A DNA stretch of 61,167 nt from contig JAUCBJ010007094.1 in assembly GCA_032718475.1 (NCBI GenBank), positions 1 to 61,167 of the forward strand, in the 5' to 3' direction. Positions 46,482 to 60,323 of the stretch are shown here, piece after piece; positions within the stretch are counted from its first letter, which is position 1; each line of letters starts with the position of its first letter. The stretch is from Nemertoderma westbladi (Eukaryota; Animalia; Xenacoelomorpha). Made by a program: the position numbers and the translations under genes. The notes beneath the pieces are model-generated. The model was not told the DNA's origin, searched no databases, and saw only the letters and a program-made list of their open reading frames with translations.

Positions 46482-49400
46482 TGGAATCCAAATAATGTTG
46501 CAGTATGTTTTTGTAACTGGGAATGTGAACTTTGAATAACTTAATGTTGATTTAGTTTGTGAACTGGGAATGTTTCCTAAAGAAAAAATATTCCGTGGAA
46601 AAATTAATAAGAAGAATTTATAGTTAGTTCATTGAGAATTTAATTTATAAGAAGAATTTATACTTAGGCGACTTTACAAATACAATAAGCCGGACTCTTA
46701 GTAAGACACAATAATATATTATCGCCTGACGAGATGCGGAACATACAGTAGAAACCTAGGTACCGGGTTCGATCCCCAACAAGTTCTGAGATATATTTTC
46801 GCAGTGGAGAGAGTTATTGAACGAGGAAATAACATAAAAATTTAAATTTATCTTGCTAAGATGTCATTGAATTCCTTGTAAAACATATTTTAGAATTCGA
46901 AACTAAAAAATTCATTCCAGTTTACAAACTAAAATTAAATTAAATTAAGTTATTCTTACTTTGGCGCACAGGTAAATAATTTTTTGTAATATTTTTTCGT
47001 TTCCTTCTTACTTAATGTTAGGTTGGTTATAGCGTACACGTTAATTAATTATTGTGCATTAATATTTATAAAGATCATATCAATTACGGACTATTTGTTT
47101 TATCCGCTACAACAAAACAGCTAAAGTAATTAAACTTAAATCCAATAATACAGTAGTAATAATTTAACCATTTTCAAATGTTTTACTAGTGATAATGCTA
47201 CAGTAATTATTTTATAACTTGCTACTAACATTTCTGTAATGGTTCATCATACTGTTATTCTATAAAATTATTTTGGAATGATTGTTGCCATGTTAATGAG
47301 AAATCTGGATTTTAACAAGTAGTTTTAATTGTTTTTTAGTGAAATACAAATTAGAGTATCCGTGGTGTGAGGTGCAAGTGTTATAAACTGGAATAACATA
47401 AAAAATAAAATTACTGTTTTTCTCTATTATTCTTACATATTGTGCTTTATTTACCCTTAGTCCATTAAGATTCAATTAATAGTTGATACTTATTATTATG
47501 ATATTATTAGTAATCAATGTTAGTAATGCCTCTTATATAGTGGATATAAATATTAAAAAATTTGATTAAAATACGCAATAAGATAACCCCTGTTTTACTT
47601 TTTTTATTGTGAATCCCAACAATAATTCTCCAAAATTTGAACTCGCTGAATGTGAAATATATAGGAACGTTATCATTAAATGCCTTGATAAAAATATGCG
47701 GAATTAAACAGATTGATTTAAACATATTTCCAAGATATATTGGCCCCGCTAGCTAAGCAATCTGTGGGATTTATAGGCCGTCCAAGGTCAATTCTGAAAG
47801 CTAAAGGGAGGGACGGGGCACGCATTTAGCTCACACAGAGCCAACCACCAGTATTGTAAATGTAGTCATTGGCAATTAGTTCAACTAGCTACCTCGCCAG
47901 TGACCTCATGGCTAGGCTTTGACTGTCCGGACATTAAAGGCTGCACACACTGGTGGGCACAATGGGGCCTGGTTCCAGTAAAAGTTAAGCTGATTGGGAG
48001 CGATTTTCATTCAGGTCTAAGTCTCCTTTACTGAGAGCTGCCTGAATGGCGGAAGGCTGTAACCATTCTAGCGTAGCCAACACGCTCACTAATTGGTTTG
48101 CAATAAACTCCACTAAGGTATTCCGGAGACTTGGTAAATAGCCCCATTGACAAGCTCTTAGCCCACCCCCTGGCCATTACACTAATTAGTGGACCAACGC
48201 TCGATTAACTGCAACCACAATGCCACTAATAGATGAATTACCGCAGGGACAGACTCGAAGAGTTTAGCTCCCGATTACCACTGACCCATTATATGATAGG
48301 CCTAAAGAGACCGGTAGGTATTATGTACAGTACTGGGTTCAAGTTTAAGTCGACAGGCATTGAACGGAAGATAGTAAACTGGGACAGACGCCTGCTTTAA
48401 ATAAGGGCCTTTCCTATGGGGCCCCAATTAATGGAGGGCCGTCAGGCCTTTAGGTATACAAAATACGATTGAATATACCCCCTTAAAAGCTGTAGTCGTG
48501 GTTCATCACATATTATTGATTACATTGGGATGGTCAGCGGACCTCTTAATTAGCAAACTGTGGGCCTTGAGTGAGTTTGAATGGGGTTCGGTTGGAGGGA
48601 TGCATTGTCCGGTAATTGGGTCTCCAGCCCAAGTTCATATGAATTAGTCCTGTGTCCGTCCCAGTAGAGTATGATAATCTACGCGGGTTGAGAGATAATT
48701 GGTTATAATGGAGATGAGGGGTGTAAGTGGTACCGCTGTAAACACTATTCACTCCCACTTGGCCAGCCAAACTATAGGCCCCTATCTATATTAGCTACTA
48801 TAATAAATATATTTATCTATTGAGCCCTATATTATTTTTAATTCATTTAATAACGTTATATGTTACGGGCGATTAGCAGCACTTATTAATAGCTAACTAA
48901 ACAGATATCTATAAGGAATAAACACCGCTAGGCCTAATTGTTGCCTACAGCGTTTGGCCGCGTTTGCATGTGTAACTGATTGGATTTTCCGTTGTTAATT
49001 AGTCACAGTCGAACAAACAGATCAATCAGTGGCTCTCCATACCTTAGACACACACCGGGCACCTAATTAGTGTTGTTCATACGTTCCCTAAGAAGGTCCC
49101 TAATTACTACCTAGTGAGTAGACTACTGCACAATAGTTACAGCAGTAATTGTCTTGTGTTACTCACAGCGTGATGCATTAAATTATTTGAAAAGGAGACA
49201 CGCTGGATTATCGCTTAATTTAGGCCAAATTAGGTGCTAACTGATACAAAAATTATTGGTTTAGTGACCATCTCTCTACCAATTCTGAATAATTATCGCA
49301 ATTAGGGCCTGAATGAATCGAACTATATGATAAATATAGAAAAACCCTAGGGCTGACTTTGACTACTAGCTAGTACATCATAGCAATAAATGAAGGCGGA

Positions 49401-49547
49401 TGACATCATGAATGGAACAAAACCTGGACTGCAGCAATCTCCCTCTAATCGTTATGGCAATAAATCTTAGTGTAGCGATATCTAAAATATATGCAGCACT
49501 GTCGACCATTGCTAGCCATAATTTGTAGATGGAATCTTGAATACCCC

Positions 49548-50445
49548 TACTACTACTATAATCGGCCTTCTGCATCGAAGCTGCACATTGATATGCTTGC
49601 TGGCTTAACAAAAATATTTTGCCACCACAATGCAATCCATAATTGGCAAGCATAATGCAGCGTGTATTAAGAGTGCTATAAGCATTAATAATGCTTAACA
49701 AAAAACGTTGCACCGCCACAACTCCCTATCCCCCACGACATTCACAAGATTAACCGCATCTTCAAGGCCAGTGTCCTTTAAGATGCGTCTCAGGAAAGTC
49801 ATGGGCTGTCCACCATGCTTATTCACTCCATGAGGGTGCCAAAGTACAAGATTATGCACTGGCTGGTCCTCACGTCGAAAGCAATGTCCTGCAAAGTGGA
49901 GGTGGTTATCAAGCTTGGGGGAGCCAATGAGACACCGCCAATGTTATATAGTGTCTGGTTGGATATGTGTGCATTGTACTTGACACAATGAACCCGGCGT
50001 AGCATTCTTGTGAATGTGGCATCCAGAGATTTGATGTCCTCAGCACTTAGAGCCCAGCATGGACTCCCACAGAGGAGTACTGGAACTACTGCTGCTCTAA
50101 ATAATCGGACCTTAAGTTTCCGATTAATTCTGTGTGACATCAAACTCCTGGATTGCCCATTCAATGCTGCCCATGCTTCCTGACTTCCGGATCCATGATA
50201 CAGGTAACAGAAGTCGTCCACATGATCAAGCATACCAAGCATGCTCATACGATCAGCATGCTCATGCAACATAGTCAACCACAATTATGAATAAGAATGG
50301 TGCAAGTGTGTCTTCCTGGAGGTGGAGGACTCCCCCTAACACTTCGAATGGTTCTATGTCAACATCAACTGTAGACACAAATATCGTCGAACCATCGTAT
50401 GCTGATCTGATTGCTGCAATAATTTCATCAGGAATTCTTAACATA
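49548..50445 (-). mobile_element. Decayed RTE LINE (family A)
   Basis: GVL..Q.DTLAPFLFIIVVDY RT motif. C-terminal part homologous to 1700-2230. (TAG)n tail at 49548-49560. Confidence 0.85.
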
Positions 50446-51024
50446 CTTAAGCCGGAGCTGTTATTCCAACTGTCAGAAGATGCTCTTACTGTGGATGTTT
50501 ACCATCACAGTTGCGTGATACCTACCTATTTTTTGGTATATCAAACTTGGTATACGGACTTTTCGTCCACGTTTCTTTTCGTCCCTGACTTTTTTGTCCC
50601 TCACTTTTCGTCTCGGACTATTTGTCCCGGTCTTTTCATCCCTTTAGCTACCTTATGACAGTAAGATGGTAGCTAGTAATATTGATTTTGTGTTAGCTAC
50701 AGTAATAGAATGAATATTTATTCATAGTTAACTTTTAAATCTATACAAAATACTAATAAGTTAATGAATAATATATGTAACTAATAATTATCACCCGCTT
50801 TGACACCCGACAATTAAGTAATACTGGGATTGTTCATTTAGCTAATGGTATCTGAGTCTGAGCATTTGATTGGAGAGTGCTTTATGACCCGGAACGGAGG
50901 GGAAGTTTTCTTTAGACTCATAAGGAACAAGTGACTCTCCTCTTCAGCCACAAAGTTCCCCGCCTCGGTCGCTGAAGGTGACAATGTTGTAACCAATAGT
51001 AGAATCATAATTGTGGTAGCTCGG

Positions 51025-51303
51025 TTATCCATTTATATCTATAGGGGGTACTGGAAGTCCTGCGCCGTCCTCGAGACCAAGTCCGCTTCGCCACTTCATT
51101 CCAGAGCCTCGGATGCAGTGGGAAACTCCTCGAAGAATTGCGAATTGGACCCGACAACAGACCCACCCCATGACTGTGCTGTAGGGGCGCTGCCAGGAAC
51201 GATGGAGTCGGTGAGCGATTATCCGCAGGATCTTATCCGCGTGGGGCGCCAGCACGCCATCACAGGACGCAACGAAAGGAGCAAAGTCCGCCCGACGAGC
51301 CAA
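51025..51303 (-). mobile_element. 3' fragment of a CRE-like non-LTR retrotransposon
   Basis: FAPFVASCDG..RLHRSWQRPYSTVMGW..RVQFAILRGVSHCIRGS..WRS resembles the C-terminus after the REL endonuclease. Confidence 0.65.
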
Positions 51304-51589
51304 TCGTTAATACTTTTTATTAGCTAGTGAAAAAAATGATAATGGAAAAAGTGAAAAATAATTTGATAAACTTTTTCTTGTGAAAATGATTTATTATGAG
51401 GTTTTTGTTCTGGAACAAAATTTGACCTTCTGACATTAAGATGGTAGCTAGTAATTTTGATATTGTGTTAGCTGGTACATTTTATTAGCTTGTAAAAAAA
51501 TTAAAAAAATAATTTAATCTTCAATTAAAATATTTGTCTGGAACCGGAATATTTGTCAGCTACCAGCCAATACATCACCATCAACCGCC

Positions 51590-52250
51590 ACAGGACAGCA
51601 CACATTGATAACAGAGGTGCAAGAGGCTAGCTTGGAAGTCCTCCGTAAAGAGGCATCACCCTCAGACACGTTTTCCCAGGCACACCATGAAACAAAATTG
51701 TAAAGAGTGCTCTCACTACCTGTGACATCCCCACAACGCTGGAGCCCCCGGGTCTGTGCCGCATTGAGGGCAAAAGAGTCGATGGAGTCACCCTAGAGCC
51801 GTGGTCCAGAAGATGAACCCTAACATGGGACGCAACTGTGGTGGACCCCCTGGCAGCCAGCCATACTTCGCTTACACTCTCTTCTGGTGGAGGGAGCGCA
51901 GCCGAGGAAGCGGAGGTCCGGAAGAAAAAGAAGTATGGTGAACTGATGGACAGAGTCAACCTGTTCCATCCAGTAGCCTTTGAAACGATGGGCCGGGCAG
52001 GACCTGAAACAGAAAAGTTCCTGGCAGAGATAGGGTCGAGGGTGAGAGACTCAACCAAAGACTCGCTCCCACTTGTTCCTCCTGTAGAGGTTGCTGGTCG
52101 CAATCCAGATAGGTAATGCAGCATCCATCCTTGGTAACATCAGTGAGGAGGGGGGATGGACCTTCTAGGATGATTCGCCTCTTATATTTGTGTTCTCTGT
52201 TAACCCTTATCCTATAAATCTATCTTATAAATCTTATCAAATGATTGTAA
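51590..52250 (+). mobile_element. CRE-like non-LTR fragment with restriction-like endonuclease
   Basis: EPPGL.R..GKRVDGVTLEPW...LTWDATVVD...AAEEAEVRKKKKY...FHPVAFETMG, with stops and frameshifts. Confidence 0.75.
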
Positions 52251-52269
52251 AATAATTAATACCTTAATA

Positions 52270-53166
52270 CACCATGTCCCAGAATATAGTGTCGTAATTC
52301 AGTGAAACGCCCCCCCCCCCCCCTAATTTTTTTACAAATCGTAATGAGATTGCATGAAATTTGAAACAGAGATAGTTTCACCTCCCGACCACTGACTGGG
52401 TGAGCCAGAATTTTTATTTTTGCTTTCAATCTTTAGCTACAAGCGTTTAAAAAAAGTGTCTCCAGCGATATTACACCAGTTACACCGCAGTTATTCTTCT
52501 ACCTTATAGCTGTTTGTTTGTACCAATGGAAAGCTGGCCCTGCAAGGATTTCAAATATGTAAAACAATTTGAAATTCGTTAAAAAATAGCTAAGATAATG
52601 GGCGTTCAAATGTTGCATGGTTATGCACCTGCTATTTTATTATATTTAATAAATGCATCATAATCTGGAATATTTTGTTTATCCAAATACGTAGCTGGGC
52701 AACAAAGCATTACATCTTTAATCATACGAAGCTATTCATACATTTAAAAAATGTTCCAGAATATGGTTTATTTATTAATAGAATAAAATAGCCTCGCGCA
52801 GGTGCATAACCATGCAACATTTAAACGCTCATATCTCAGCTATTTTTCAACGAAATTCAAATTGTATCAAATTACATATTTGGAATCCTTGCATGGCCAG
52901 CTTTCCATTGGTACCAACTTAACAGCTTTAAGGTAGAAGAATAACTGCGGTGTAACTGGTGAAATATTGCTAGAGACACTTTTTTTAAACGCTTGTAGCT
53001 AAAGATTGAAAGCAAAATAAAAATTCTGGCTCACCCAGTCAGTGGTCGGGAGGTGAAACTATCTCTGCTTCAAATTTCATGCAATCTCATTATTAAGATT
53101 TGTAGAAAAATTAGGGGGGGGGGGGGCGTGTCACTGAATTACGACACTATATTCTGGGACATGGTG
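52270..53166. mobile_element. Long-TIR MITE with TA TSD (Tc1/mariner-type)
   Basis: TA|CACCATGTCCCAGAATATAGTGTCG...CGACACTATATTCTGGGACATGGTG|TA. Inverted arms of at least 360 bp. Confidence 0.92.
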
Positions 53167-54853
53167 TATATAAAATATATTATTATTAATTTTGTCTGGA
53201 ATAATTTATATTTTTCATAATTTATGGGATAGCCTACAGTATTCGTGCAATACTTACCGGTACCTGTATTTACTGTATGGTTTGGTGCAGGTTTCCTTGT
53301 GCCTTGCCTTGCGGTAGTTGGGTTGGGATATGTAACACTAAAATCTATTTGGTATTTCATTTATTTAATGGGCTGTAGTGCCTGAGTACTAGCAGTGGTC
53401 CAAGTGGCAAATGCTTGGTACTATCCGAGGGAATAAGACCCCATGTCCTATTTTATTGTTTTCATATTAAATTATATTTATTCCTACCCAACTGTATATG
53501 AACTTCATTTTTTCGTCCCAATAGTTATAACAATGTTATAATGTATAATATGTTTTAAATAAAAGCGGCACCCTGCCGCCCTGGGGGTTAATTATAATTA
53601 TCTAAAGGCGGCACAGTGCCACCTTAATAGCCCTGTCCTGAATTGGTGAGAATGTTAAAGTATAAAGTTGTAGTGAGAATGTTAAACTGGTAAAGTGTTT
53701 TTAAGTGTACACAAAGGGTTAAAAAATTACACAATAACAATGCTAATATCCAATTATATGGTATAGTATGATAAATTATATAAACAAACAATAATTTAAT
53801 TGACATAGAATCACAATAAAATAGGCCTACCTTGTAGGTGTAGGTAGAATCAGTTGGGGGAAATTATAAAATAACTGGAAAATAAGAAGATGTGTTGATG
53901 ATGCAGAATCTTGTAAGATAAAAGCCGGACCACGGAAAGAAGACAAGCTACAACCCCGGTAGTTTAACCGGTAATAGGGGAAAATTGATAAAACTAATCG
54001 ATGAATTTATTCATCTAAATTATATTTTTTGGATTTTCAAATTTAATGAGATGCGCGTGGCGGCGGTGCGGGTTAGAGGGATCGATTTGGAGTTGGTCGA
54101 ATGGGATTAATTATCCGTGGGACAAGCGCCGCTACTGTGCTGGGGTGTGTTCCTTAATTCGTTAAAAGCCCAGCATCATCGATCCCCTAGAACAATCGAA
54201 CCCGCCTGTAACTCAGGTATAGTTTACGCAGATCCAATAGGCCCAACATTGAACCGTGGGTATAACCTACGCGGCGAATGATTAAAACAATCAACTTTAA
54301 CAAATTACTTATCTCTTGTCAGCCCAACAACATTTAATCATAACTAAATGGGACCCCCATGATTCTAATTCGCGTTCAAATAATGTTTAATGAAATTATT
54401 TCATTTTTTTCTTCGGGGATATAATATTTCTAAGATTAATAATGTCCAAATATATTTTGAAAGCGTTTTAGTTCCACATTCAGTGAAGTAGTGAGATTAC
54501 ATACAAGTGGCGGAATATACTGTAATATATATGCAACTCATTGGGCAGCACCAATATTCCCAAATATTTTAATCCTTGAACAACTCTAACGATCCTTTCT
54601 GCACTGTATATAAGTCGTCAGACTTATTGCGTAATCCATTCCCTGGTCTAATCGAGGCTGACCAAACCTAAACGAAACGAGGTTTATGTCCAGTTTATTT
54701 TCTTGGGCCAATATATTGCCGTGTACAGTAGGTCCAAAAATGTGTCGTTCGTATAACAACGTATACTTGCTAGAAATAATTCCGAGATAGACATAGTTAT
54801 GGACCCAACTAGCCTCCAGAGATTCCATGTTAAACGTTCCAGAACATGGGTCG

Positions 54854-55240
54854 AAGCTTCCACAAAGTTGGTCAAAGCTTCCACAAAGTTGGTCAAAGCT
54901 TCCTCAAAGTTGGTCAAAGCTTCCACAAAGTTGGTCAAAGCTTCCACAAAGTTGGTCAAAGCTTCCACAAAGTTGGTCAAAGCTTACACAAAGTTGGTCA
55001 AAGCTTCCACAAAGTTGGTCAAAGCTTCCACAAAGTTGGTCAAAGCTTCCACAAAGTTGGTCAAAGCTTCCACAAAGTTGGTCAAAGCTTCCACAAAGTT
55101 GGTCAAAGCTTCCACAAAGTTGGTCAAAGCTTCCACAAAGTTGGTCAAAGCTTCCACAAAGTTGGTCAAAGCTTCCACAAAGTTGGTCAAAGCTTCCACA
55201 AAGTTTGTCAAAGCTTCCACAAAGTTGGTCAAAGTTCCAC
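54854..55240. repeat. 21-bp minisatellite (AAGCTTCCACAAAGTTGGTCA), about 18 copies
   Basis: Read directly from the sequence. Confidence 0.96.
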
Positions 55241-55631
55241 AGTAAATATTTTGCTTCAGATTTCAACCGGAAGTCGCAGATTTCATGATGCTTAGCAGGC
55301 ATTAATACTATAAACACCACATGACCAGTATTAGTTTTATATGTATAAAATATGTCGTCTTAGTTCAACAATTCCGTTAATTACATAACATAATAAACTT
55401 ATTCAAAGCAAAAAACATACTCTGAGTAGTTTAAATATAAAAAATGATCCAACCAATGTCTGCTCTGCAATCTACATAATCCTACTGTTAACTGCCACTC
55501 AGTCATTTACAAAAGTGAATATGTTTCCTTGTTCAATGTAGATCAATATAGAATAAAACGCTAGGCCGAAATAATGTAATAACTATATAAATAATAAATA
55601 TAATTAGATAAAATCATTTATTTAATATGTA

Positions 55632-55817
55632 GGTTTGTGGAACCTTTGATCCATTTTGTGGAAACTCTGACCCTGTGGAACCATTGACCCTGTGGAACCA
55701 TTGACCCTGTGGAACCTTTGACCCTGTGGATCTTTTGACCCTGTGGATCCTTTGGCGTGGAAAATTTGACCCTGTGGAAGCGGTGTGCGTTGACCCTGTG
55801 GAAGATTTGATCCTGTG
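55632..55817. repeat. 17-18-bp degenerate tandem repeat (TGACCCTGTGGAACCAT)
   Basis: Read directly; related to the 21-mer in inverted orientation. Confidence 0.85.
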
Positions 55818-57348
55818 CAATGTTTGACGAAAAACGACCTCATCACCTCATATACCAGTTACTATTGAATCGGCATTCAATTAAGTATCAATCAATCTGT
55901 GATCTGACGAATGAGCAATACCAATATTGTTTTATGCTATTTAACAGCATAGCAACATTAATATCCGATGCAATTGTTGATTGAAGCAAAATTTAACAGT
56001 TTTATAAGGAGGAGAGCAGCTTAGAGAATCATCATATTCTATGAGTATCGTGTGTGGAGAGCGGAGAGCGAAGCCACAATCTCCGTAAATCATCAATGAA
56101 GTAGCTAATGATGACTGTTTGATTTGGTTCAATAGGTTAGATAACAAACCCGGCCAGTGCCGCTGATAAACTAACCAAAATAGCTAATTGGACACTAATA
56201 TTCCTATAAGCTTATCATAATTTAGGCGTTACAGTCCAACTGGCCCGAACGTTCTTAGAACACTCTTCACCCCTTATCGGAACTCCGTCAATTCATCGAT
56301 GTTCGGTTTCGTTGGAGTTTTACTCGCTAATTGTAGCGCATTTTATTTTCTGCTGCGAGTCATTCATATTGTGAGTGATAAAGTGAACTGGTGGGGTAAG
56401 GGTTGTTGTTAGGCTATCCACTCAATGCTGCATTATTCTGAGCCATACAGTATGTGTTCGCACAGCATTAAACACTGTACAGTAGGCCAACCTACATTCT
56501 GAAAAATAAATTATGAAGTTTATATTTATTGACCAAAACATTTAATAACCACAAATTTAAACATAAATTATTTATTATTTAGCATCAGCAGCACGCTAAT
56601 AGATTATGTTGCCATTTTTAATATTTCCTTCTATATAATATGTAATTGTCCTTACAATGTTCTCAGTTTATGAATTATTCTCTAAATGCAATATACAGTC
56701 ATCTTTAAAAAACAAGAAAACCCACAAAAAATATTGCAGTTGTTTATCTCCTTAACAAGCAGGATGGCGTTTAAACGAATTTAACCTGTTAACCGAATCA
56801 ACTAGCAGCCGACCAGACCCATAGCCCATCCCATTAAGGCAGTTAAACTAGATCAGTGTAATCTGATAAATGGTTAGCTAAGAACCGCCGCCAAACAACC
56901 CCCCTCAATGTGATTAACGACCAACTCCTTCTATATATTTTCGTGCATCTCAACAATCGCGGCAATCACACCTAGTATTGTCATGCCTATCCACCGAGTG
57001 ATTACGCTCATTACTCGCTAATATATGGGGTTTAATTGAGTTTATTAAACTGGCGGATGGTGGTTGAATCATTGAATAAGCTAAATTAATTATCTCTTCT
57101 CCGCTACTGGGGCCATTGATTGTTTGATTCTTCTACCGAAATCTCTCGATCTCCTTATTTAAACGGGGTATCTAACATTTCTTCAATCACTCTATTCATA
57201 TGTGTAAATTTCCAGTGTTCTTATAAATATCAGTATGGAAAAGGCTAGTATTATATAAACCTGATGAAAACTCAGTGGATATATTTCTAACTGCTACCTA
57301 GATAATAAAGTAGTGTGAATTCTGAGTTCGCACAGTAGATACACGTTC

Positions 57349-57669
57349 GTGGGCTCTTCGCGCAGCACAAAGTGAGCAAAGCCTTTAGCATATGGGTACC
57401 ATTAACGAGTTGTCTGCCGTTAGTCAGAAGTCTTCAACACAATACTCGTCCTCGTCTTGTGCCTCGTTGCGTTCGTTCGTTTTTGACGAAACTTCAGATT
57501 CTTTCTAAACTTTTGACGGGCTACATACATATCGAGTTTCGTTTAATTTCATCAAGGAATAACCGAGTTATTAGCGATCAAAAATTTACGACGACAAACG
57601 ATGACGACAGACAACTCGCCAATAGCACCCATATGCTAAGGCTGCGCTCACTTCGTGGCTCGCCCCACA
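57349..57669. mobile_element. Small inverted-repeat MITE
   Basis: AAGTGAGC..AGCCTTTAGCATATGGGT..CGAGTTGTCTG on the left pairs with CAGACAACTCG..ACCCATATGCTAAGGCT..GCTCACTT on the right. Confidence 0.65.
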
Positions 57670-57689
57670 GTAGGTCAACCACCCAAAAA

Positions 57690-58935
57690 AGGTCACGGAA
57701 TATAATGTCTTAATTCAGTGACATCAACCAAACCTTTTCTACAAATCTTAATTAGATTGCATGAAATATGAAACAGAGAGAGTTTCACCTCCCTTCTCCT
57801 TACTAGGTTAAGATTAATTAATAATTGAATAATTTCATTGTATGAAAAGTAGCTTTATGTGAAGACGGGGTAGCTCAGTTGGTTGAACGCCGGGCCTGTA
57901 ATCTATTGGTTGTAGGTTCAACCCCGCCACGCCGCCAGGGTCCATTCAGCCTTTCATCCACTGGGGTCGATAAAATGAGTACCAGTTAAATGACTGGGAG
58001 CAAATCTTGGGATAGGAGTAGCGCTCACCCCTACCTTCGGGTAGCAGCTATCGAAAGAGGAGCCTTCGGGTCGCCTCCGGTTTCGGCAGCCTTATGCATG
58101 CATCCTTCTGATTTGTGGAAAACAACAAAGTAGCTCTTTTCCTTTGCAGCGTTGCGTTATGACCCGAGTTTATTTATGTACCGAGCGAGCGCATCGAGTG
58201 AGGTTTACATAAACAAACAAGGTTCTTTAACATTGAATATTGCCATTTTCATTCAAAGGTGCGTAGGTAATTTTGGTACATATCACCTTATCGGGGTTCT
58301 GGATGCTAAATTATTATATTTAATATTGAATATTGACGAAATTCTTGTCATTTATATGCAATTAGTTGCAGTGTCGTCTCTGTAACAACTATAGACCTAC
58401 TGTAAATAAACTTAGACTTAGTATTCAATGACTATCATCAATGGGGAATTCTAAAGACGTGTTCTAGAAGTTTATTGTTATTAAGTTAGTGATTACTTTG
58501 CTACGTTCCTTCCTAGAGACTGCAAAGATGCAAAGTGGTACTTTATTTTACTGCGTTATGAGGATATCACCAGAACGCTGATAAGTTGATATAATGTAAA
58601 CAAAATTATTATTTTGGCTTTGATTCTTTAGCCTACAAGTGATTAATACCATCAAGTGTACTGCAATTATTCCATAACCTTATAGCGGTTCATTGGTACT
58701 GGTGGTACAGATTACGTAGCAAGGATTCCAAATATATAATATTCTGAATTTGTTAAACCGATGTAAGATTGGTGCAATATCGAAAGATACACTTTTTAAA
58801 CTCTTGTGGCTAAAGATTGAAAACAAAAATAAAATTTCTGGCCCAACCAGTAACGAGGAGGGAGGTGAAAGTTTCTCTGTTTCAAATTTGATGAAATCTC
58901 ATTAGGATTTGTAGAAAAATTGAAGAAGAGGCGTA
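57690..58935. mobile_element. Degenerate copy or copies of the CACCATG long-TIR MITE family
   Basis: 57690-57800 resembles the left arm and 58790-58935 the right arm of 52270-53166. Confidence 0.6.
57867..58092 (+). mobile_element. tRNA-derived SINE with Nin/Deu-like central domain
   Basis: A-box TAGCTCAGTTGG, B-box GGTTCAACCCC, core CAGCCTTTCATCC..GGGGTCGATAAAATGAGTACCAG, and a 3' hairpin-rich tail. Confidence 0.85.
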
Positions 58936-59229
58936 ACGAGCCCTTCTGGCGCCCAGCGGAATGAAGCTGAAATACCCCCTTCCCCTTCAAAATACCCACC
59001 TTCAATAATTGTAACTTTTCATTTATTACAATTATCATTATATTCAAATTATTCACATTATATTCATTCATCATTATTATTACAAATCTTCAATATTATA
59101 TATCTAACAGTATATAACTATATCAAATCTATTAAAACACAGGATTGATATAGTGCACTTATAACATTGAATGGCGAGGGAAGCGAGCAAAGAAATTTTT
59201 TCCACATTTTCGCTTATGTCCTGTAAATA

Positions 59230-60323
59230 CACCATGACCCGTAATATAGTGTCATTTTCCGATGACACGGACCCCCCCCCCCCCCAAATTTTTCTACAAA
59301 TCTTTATCATATTGTTTGAAATTTGAAACACAACTAGTTCAACTCACCGTGGTTGTCACATGAAGCCGGAATTGTCGATTTTGCCTTTAAATTTTATTTA
59401 TAAGCGTTTTAAAAAAGTGTCTTTTGCGAAATCGCACCCTCTGTATCATTGCCATTCTTCACTTTAGTCGTAATTTTTTCACATCAATAGAATGCTTGCG
59501 TTGCAAGGATTCCAAATATGTCACAATGTCTGAATTTCGTTGAGAAACAACTGAGATATAGGCGTTTAAAGATTGCAAGAATTATTGTTCGCTGAAGGCC
59601 ATTTATTCTATTTAATAAATACACAATATTCTGGAACAATTTGTTTATATAAGATTAGCTAGGCAATATAGATATTGTATAGGCATACCGCTGTTGCCTC
59701 CCAACTCATAAAATGATACATAATAAATATTGTCATCAATGTAAAACGATTAATCATAAATGTAAAAGAAGTAGATCGTACCAACAACGTCATAATGTAA
59801 CCAACTGCAATAGCATAAACTCCATCTCCACCAACTCATAAAATAAATAACACGTTCTAGAATTTTGTGTATTTATTAAATAGAATAAAATAAAAAAATA
59901 TAAAGAAAATAATATATAATAGAATAAAAAAATAAACTAAATTTGTTATTTGGCTCTATTCGTTGTTATTTATCTGGTTGTGCATCATGGGCATTTTTTA
60001 TAAATATTCGGTAATCGCATCTTATATCTTGTAAACGTTCTTGATAATGAAATTATTTGCTTCATATTATATTTTTGTTAGTGGTAGCTAAGTTGCATTT
60101 TTTATTATGTGGGGCGAGCCACAAAGTCAGCTAGCCTCACGCCTTGCAGTTTAGACAATTTTAGTTTACTTACTGCTGACTGACATAGTTCTTTGTAATA
60201 GTCCTGGCTAGGATTTTTCCCCCGGGCTCCTTCATATTTCAAACAACATGATAAAGATTTGAAGAAAAATTTGGGGGGGGGTCCGTGTCATCAGAAAATG
60301 ACACTATATTACGGGTCATGGTG
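59230..60323. mobile_element. MITE with TA TSD, related to 52270-53166
   Basis: TA|CACCATGACCCGTAATATAGTGTCATTTTC...GAAAATGACACTATATTACGGGTCATGGTG|TA. Confidence 0.9.

Noticed and set aside
54684-55320. Heptad-repeat ORFs (KLVKAST, TNFVEAL) as coiled-coil proteins
   Set aside because: Near-perfect 21-bp DNA repeats are open in several frames on both strands, with no synonymous divergence.
57867-57945. Functional tRNA gene (also tRNA-like bits at 41110, 38480 and 46760)
   Set aside because: The acceptor and anticodon stems are poor. At 57867 and 41110 the sequence continues into a SINE core; the other two are isolated B-box fragments.
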